This document shows, one piece after another, positions 59,293-64,000 of a stretch of DNA of 64,000 nt (within the stretch, counting starts at the first letter, position 1; each line of letters begins with the position of its first letter). Source of the stretch: an uncultured Candidatus Babeliaceae bacterium (GTDB lineage: Bacteria > Babelota > Babeliae > Babelales > Babelaceae); NCBI GenBank assembly GCA_963704655.1, contig OY969927.1, positions 800,001 through 864,000 of the forward strand, in the 5' to 3' direction. A program made the translations under genes and the position numbers. The notes under the pieces were generated by a model. The model was not told the DNA's origin. It ran no database searches and saw nothing but the letters and a program-made list of their open reading frames with translations.

Positions 59293-60033
59293 ATGAAAAA
59301 AGCAATAGTATATTTATTAATGTTTATTTTTTCACATTGTTATTCAATTGAGATGGAAGAACATATGATTTCTAAATCTATCTATCTAACCATTGATGAT
59401 GCGCCATCACAACACACGCTTGCAAAAGTAGATTATCTGCAAAAAAATAATATCCCTGCCATTTTTTATTGCCGCGGGAATGCTATTGAGCAGTACCAAG
59501 ACAGTGTTGTTGAAATAATTAAAGCCGGTTTTTTGGTGGGTAATCATTCTTATTCACATCCATTTTTTTCAAAAACCCCAAATGAAATATTTTTTGATGA
59601 AATTCTCAAAACTGAAAAACTTATCGATGAATGTTACTGCTTGGCTGGAATAATAAGGCCCTGCAAGGTTATCCGTCTGCCATTTGGGGACCGCGGGGCA
59701 GGCCAACACTGCCGAGCGCCGGTTACTCCCGAAGAAAAGATTAAATATGATGCATTGCAGGCATTTTTAAAAGAACAAGGTTTTGAACGAATTGATTTCA
59801 TTGGTTTTAAAGATGATCTTGCTATAGATAGCCCTTGGTCCTTAGATACGCAGGATTATAAGTCCATGTTTATACACGATGTGCAAAGATATCAGCAAAA
59901 TTTTGAAAAATTATTTTTTGAATCTGAAAGACCGGTAGAGATACTTTTGCTGCATGACTTTGAAAACAACCACTCACTATTTGAATCAACCATGCACTTT
60001 TTAGCACAGCACAACGTAACGTTTATGCCTTAA
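59293..60033 (+). CDS. Polysaccharide deacetylase (CE4/NodB)
   Basis: LTIDDAP, GNHSYSHP, RLPFG, ILLLHD. Confidence 0.9.
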   Translation: MKKAIVYLLMFIFSHCYSIEMEEHMISKSIYLTIDDAPSQHTLAKVDYLQKNNIPAIFYCRGNAIEQYQDSVVEIIKAGFLVGNHSYSHPFFSKTPNEIFFDEILKTEKLIDECYCLAGIIRPCKVIRLPFGDRGAGQHCRAPVTPEEKIKYDALQAFLKEQGFERIDFIGFKDDLAIDSPWSLDTQDYKSMFIHDVQRYQQNFEKLFFESERPVEILLLHDFENNHSLFESTMHFLAQHNVTFMP

Positions 60034-60052
60034 CCGCACCATGCATGTCAAA

Positions 60053-60391
60053 CTATAATTTAGAAATTGGCGATAAAAATTTTAGACCAATAATCCCACA
60101 TAAAATCAAAATAAAGCACAGAATTCGTAGGGGACTAGCCTCTTCACCAAGAAAAATAATCCCATAAGCAGCTGTTCCAATTGCCCCTATACCCACCCAA
60201 ACCGCGTATGCAGTACCAATAGGCAAAGTCTTCGTTGCAAGCGAAAGCAAATACATACTAAGGGCAATAAATATTAATGAAAATAAACTTGGACCAAGTC
60301 GAGTAAAACCATGTGTTTTTGGCATTGCTGCTGCATAGACTACTTCTGCTATTCCAGCAATTATAAGATACATCCAAGCCAACTGTTTCAT
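60053..60391 (-). CDS. SMR family transporter (SugE/Gdx-like)
   Basis: [26 protein letters not shown]; four TM helices. Confidence 0.9.
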   Translation of the reverse strand: MKQLAWMYLIIAGIAEVVYAAAMPKTHGFTRLGPSLFSLIFIALSMYLLSLATKTLPIGTAYAVWVGIGAIGTAAYGIIFLGEEASPLRILCFILILCGIIGLKFLSPISKL

Positions 60392-60533
60392 TTTTTAATC
60401 TCTTTTGTTGTTTTAATTAAATAACTTCTATAATCAGATAAAAATAATAGTATTTACTTTTCAATATTGATAGCTTTATGCTTATATGTTGTGTAACGCA
60501 CAGTAATTTTTGAAGTAAATAATAGGTTTTTTT

Positions 60534-60992
60534 ATGTCATATACCATTGTAACATTACCCGCGATAAAAGTAGTTGGCATGGCCAATAAAACAACAAATA
60601 ATAACCACCAAAGTGCTGTTGATATACCTCAGTTTTGGAACACCTATTTCACAGAAAAAATTGAAACATCTATTCATCATAAAAAAGAACCGCTGCAAAG
60701 AATATGCATGTATACTGATTATGACCCACAAGGATATACGGTAATTATTGGTGCATGCGTATCTGCCCTAGAAGATGTCCCGGAATCATGCGTAGCTCGT
60801 GAAATACCTGCAGGTAAATATGCAGTATTTGCGATTAATGGCCCTTTAGAGATAGCGGTACTCAAAGCTTGGCAACATGTTTGGTCAATTGCAGATCTTC
60901 CACGTGCATTTACTCATGATTTTGAACTTTATGAATATAAAGACAATGGTGATAATCTGCTCTCTGCAAAGATTTATGTGTCACTTGTTTAG
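60534..60992 (+). CDS. GyrI-like small-molecule-binding protein
   Basis: IPQFW, IPAGKYAVF, AWQHVW, RAFTHDFELY. Confidence 0.88.
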   Translation: MSYTIVTLPAIKVVGMANKTTNNNHQSAVDIPQFWNTYFTEKIETSIHHKKEPLQRICMYTDYDPQGYTVIIGACVSALEDVPESCVAREIPAGKYAVFAINGPLEIAVLKAWQHVWSIADLPRAFTHDFELYEYKDNGDNLLSAKIYVSLV

Positions 60993-61016
60993 TTACAAAG
61001 CGATTTCACAGCGCAC

Positions 61017-61379
61017 CTAAAGCACGCCTCTTTTTATTTCGCCTAAAATTTGCTTTGCTTCAGATTTATCATGATAATGGGTAGCAACTGTTTGAGCATC
61101 ATTTTTTAACGCAGCGCGGACCAATGCTTGAGCATCCCCGACCACCAGCCCACGCTCCAATAAAGCTTTACCAGCTTTCATGCGGCCATTACAAGCAACG
61201 GTTTTTGCTGCCGCTCTATCTACATTACGCTCAACGTCTTTATTTGCATTAATATATTTTTCTAGATAAACACGGTCAGCATCTTGGCCCACAAAATTTT
61301 GACTTACAATATCAGTGTTTACTGCGTGTAAAGATGATATAAAAAGCAGTGATAAAAAGATATTATTTACGTAGTTCAT
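61017..61379 (-). CDS. Secreted hypothetical protein
   Basis: Signal peptide ending SSLHA; GGGGG RBS. Confidence 0.65.
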   Translation of the reverse strand: MNYVNNIFLSLLFISSLHAVNTDIVSQNFVGQDADRVYLEKYINANKDVERNVDRAAAKTVACNGRMKAGKALLERGLVVGDAQALVRAALKNDAQTVATHYHDKSEAKQILGEIKRGVL

Positions 61380-61568
61380 AATAAACCCCCAAAGTTACTA
61401 AAAAAACTTAATATAGTAATGATAGTAACAATATCAATTTATATTCTGCAATATAAAAATCACTCTTTATTACAGATCTCTTTTATATAAGCTATAAAAG
61501 CATCAACATCTTGCTCGCGGGAATCAAAAGCATTAAATTTATTGGCTAGCATTTACAACGGCTACAGA

Positions 61569-61898
61569 TTAAGTCTCTTGTCCAGCTCTGATAAGTGCTA
61601 AATGAGTAGCTATAAAGTGCGCATTCTCTTCAGTGCCTGCATACTGATATGCCCCTGCACCTTTATCTTTATTATGAATATAAAAATGATCCTCATAATC
61701 TATTTTTAATACCATGATAGGAACACCTCGATATGCCCGATAACGAATATCTAGGCCCACAAGCTCATTTGTGTAACTTAAATTTTTAGCTTGGGCAACA
61801 GTTAATTCATCCGGTATTTCAAATCTTTTTGATAAGCATGGCCCGGATACTATAGAGCTAGAAGATAAAATCGTTAAAAAAAATAATATTTTTTTCAT
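61569..61898 (-). CDS. Secreted hypothetical protein, distant paralog of 61962..62513
   Basis: Signal peptide; GPCLSKRFEIPDELT. Confidence 0.65.
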   Translation of the reverse strand: MKKILFFLTILSSSSIVSGPCLSKRFEIPDELTVAQAKNLSYTNELVGLDIRYRAYRGVPIMVLKIDYEDHFYIHNKDKGAGAYQYAGTEENAHFIATHLALIRAGQET

Positions 61899-61961
61899 AA
61901 AATCTTTCTTAATTAAACTAAATTTATAGGTACATATATGGGTTACGTTACCCTAAGCAAC

Positions 61962-62513
61962 TTAATCTCGCTCGTTTAGCGTGCGCAATAAATTAGCAGC
62001 CATAGCCTTATCACCTAAGAACTTAAATATTTGATTCTCTTGAGCGATGTAGTAGCCGCTTTTCATATTATTACGTTCACAAAGCAGAACTTTCACGCCT
62101 TCTATCTCCTCCTCCACAATGGTAGGTGCAATAGAATATAATTCTGCAGCACTAATTTCATCCGGAAAAGATGGCTTCTTTTTTAATTGCTCGCAAAACC
62201 TTTGCTGAACACATGGCCAATCGCCAATAATTTTATATTTCTCCCAAGCTGGATCGTTTTTATCTGAAACATACAAATAATAAGCGCTTCCACTAATAGT
62301 AGAGGTACCCAATTGTTTTTGATTTTGTAAATGAACCAATATCACTCCCAATTTTTCTGCCTCTTCTGGGGCTCTCACGGTAGATATATATCGATTAGTG
62401 GCTATTTCATGCCGAGTTAATAATTCTGGGAGAGTCGCTTTGCGGCTTAAGTTGCCACCAGCTTGTAACTGCAAAGCAAGAAATGCTACGCCGAGATACA
62501 ATAATTTTTTCAT
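61962..62513 (-). CDS. Secreted hypothetical protein with two internal repeats
   Basis: Signal peptide; GGNLSRKATLPELLT and KPSFPDEISAAE. Confidence 0.7.
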   Translation of the reverse strand: MKKLLYLGVAFLALQLQAGGNLSRKATLPELLTRHEIATNRYISTVRAPEEAEKLGVILVHLQNQKQLGTSTISGSAYYLYVSDKNDPAWEKYKIIGDWPCVQQRFCEQLKKKPSFPDEISAAELYSIAPTIVEEEIEGVKVLLCERNNMKSGYYIAQENQIFKFLGDKAMAANLLRTLNERD

Positions 62514-62525
62514 AAAATCCCTTAA

Positions 62526-64000
62526 TTAAATTAAATTTATAGGTACATAGATTAAGCTGAATTCTTTTGCATATCCAGAAAGTTCTTTTATGATCTCTTG
62601 CGAAATATCAGCAGTTTCGGCGATTTTTTTATACAATTCAGGGTAACTTAGTTTAATGTACCCAACAAATTGCTGACTAAATTCACGAACCTGGGCAACT
62701 TTTATAGCATCCAAAAAGTTATATTTTAATAAGAATAACATAAGCACTTGGTCAACAAATAACATGGTTGCATGTTCATGCTGTTTTAGAAGCTCAACAA
62801 TGCGCGCACCGCGTGCAAGGCGTTCTTGCGAAACCGCATCAAGTTCAGAACCAAACTGCGAGAAGGCCAAAAGCTCATGATACTGTGCAAGTTCAATCTT
62901 TAAGGCACTTACCATCTTTTTCATAGCCCGAGTTTGGGCCGCACCACCAACACGCGAAACAGAAAGCTCAACATTAATCGCCGGACGCACACCACTATTA
63001 AAAAGTTTTGTATCTAAAAAGATCTGTCCGTCGGTGATCGAAATAAGATTTGTCGGAATATAGGCAGTAATATCATCACTTTGCACTTCTGCAATAGGTA
63101 ACGCCGTAATAGAACCGCCCGACTTAAATTTACCGGCACGTTCTAATAAACGGGAATGCAAATAAAAGACATCACCAGGATACGCTTCTCGGCCTGGCGA
63201 GCGACGCATTAACAGTGACATTTCACGGTAGGCAATTGCATGGTTACTTAAATCGTCATAAATAATTAATACATCTTTACCCTGATCTTTAAAATACTCT
63301 GCAATTGCACAACCAACATACGGTGCAAGGTATTTATCTAACGCAGGCTCACTGGCATCTGCACTAATAATCACGGTATATTCAAGCGCGCCGTACATAC
63401 GCAATGTATGAGCAAATCGTGCAAGGTTTGCTTGGCGCTGGCCAATAGATACAAAGATACAAATAACGTCTTTACCTTTTTGGTGCAATATCGTATCAAG
63501 AACAATAGACGTTTTTCCAGTGGACCGGTTACCAATAATAAGCTCGCGCTGCCCTTTACCAATGGGAATTAACGCATCAATAGCCAAAATACCCGTTTCG
63601 AGAGACTGATGTATTGGTGTTCGTTCTATAATGCCCGGTATTGCGATTTCAATCGGGCGATATTCACTTATTTGCAAATCACCAAGTCCATCGATGGGTA
63701 TTCCGATCGCACTCATGATGCGGCCAAGTAACCCATTTCCAGTAGGTGCTTTAAATACGGTGCCCGTTCGTTTAACAATTTCAAGTTCAGCCACAGCGAT
63801 ATGTGCATAAAGCAAAAAAATGGTAACAGAATCGTCATCAAGGTCGAATATGATCCCCTTGTTTCCACCTTCAAACTCAACAAGCTCACCATACACTGCC
63901 TTGCTTAAACCATAGGCGGTACAAGAAGCATCACCCACTTGAACCACTTTACCAATTTCAGCAAACTCTACATTCTCGTTTTTTGCAAAAGATTGTTCAA
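62526..64000 (-). CDS. atpA: F1F0 ATP synthase subunit alpha, 5' partial
   Basis: GKGQRELIIG, RRSPGREAYPGDVFYLHSRLLERA, YIPTNLISITDGQI. Confidence 0.97.
   Translation of the reverse strand, partial: EQSFAKNENVEFAEIGKVVQVGDASCTAYGLSKAVYGELVEFEGGNKGIIFDLDDDSVTIFLLYAHIAVAELEIVKRTGTVFKAPTGNGLLGRIMSAIGIPIDGLGDLQISEYRPIEIAIPGIIERTPIHQSLETGILAIDALIPIGKGQRELIIGNRSTGKTSIVLDTILHQKGKDVICIFVSIGQRQANLARFAHTLRMYGALEYTVIISADASEPALDKYLAPYVGCAIAEYFKDQGKDVLIIYDDLSNHAIAYREMSLLMRRSPGREAYPGDVFYLHSRLLERAGKFKSGGSITALPIAEVQSDDITAYIPTNLISITDGQIFLDTKLFNSGVRPAINVELSVSRVGGAAQTRAMKKMVSALKIELAQYHELLAFSQFGSELDAVSQERLARGARIVELLKQHEHATMLFVDQVLMLFLLKYNFLDAIKVAQVREFSQQFVGYIKLSYPELYKKIAETADISQEIIKELSGYAKEFSLIYVPINLI

Noticed and set aside
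60392-60533. Guanidine riboswitch upstream of the SMR gene
   Set aside because: The region is AT-rich with no ACGR hairpins or other recognisable motif.
61937-61961. Integron attC site between the secreted genes
   Set aside because: Only a short imperfect palindrome; no RYYYAAC/GTTRRRY pair and no integron integrase.

Overview
AT-rich bacterial chromosome segment. It is dominated by signal-peptide proteins, ankyrin/SEL1 repeats, beta-propellers and Cys-rich outer-membrane barrels, which suggests an intracellular parasite of protists such as Babelota/Dependentiae (TM6); this taxonomy is inferred from gene style only. Housekeeping genes: groES-groEL, rpe, ung, tRNA-Arg(TCT) and a partial atpA. 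A ~14.2 kb integrative element (39796-53960) sits in the 3' end of tRNA-Arg, bounded by the direct repeat GGGCACACCA. It carries a large serine recombinase whose C-terminus is predicted to change on integration, a PICI-like replication/packaging module, and a translationally coupled Hsp70 / J-like membrane protein / AAA+ operon that is a candidate undescribed defence system. Outside the island are many candidate host-directed effectors: a Pro-rich WH2-like protein, an autotransporter with a TNT/ART-like passenger, a protein with a signal peptide plus mitochondrial-presequence-like leader, two SEL1 proteins sharing a nuclease-like C-terminus, an ankyrin-ALDH-nucleotidyltransferase fusion and a 1993-aa repetitive fibre. 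There are also several tandem paralog pairs, a HEPN toxin gene with an in-frame stop, and duplicated 3' ends of groEL and atpA. All family assignments come from motif recognition; no database search was run.
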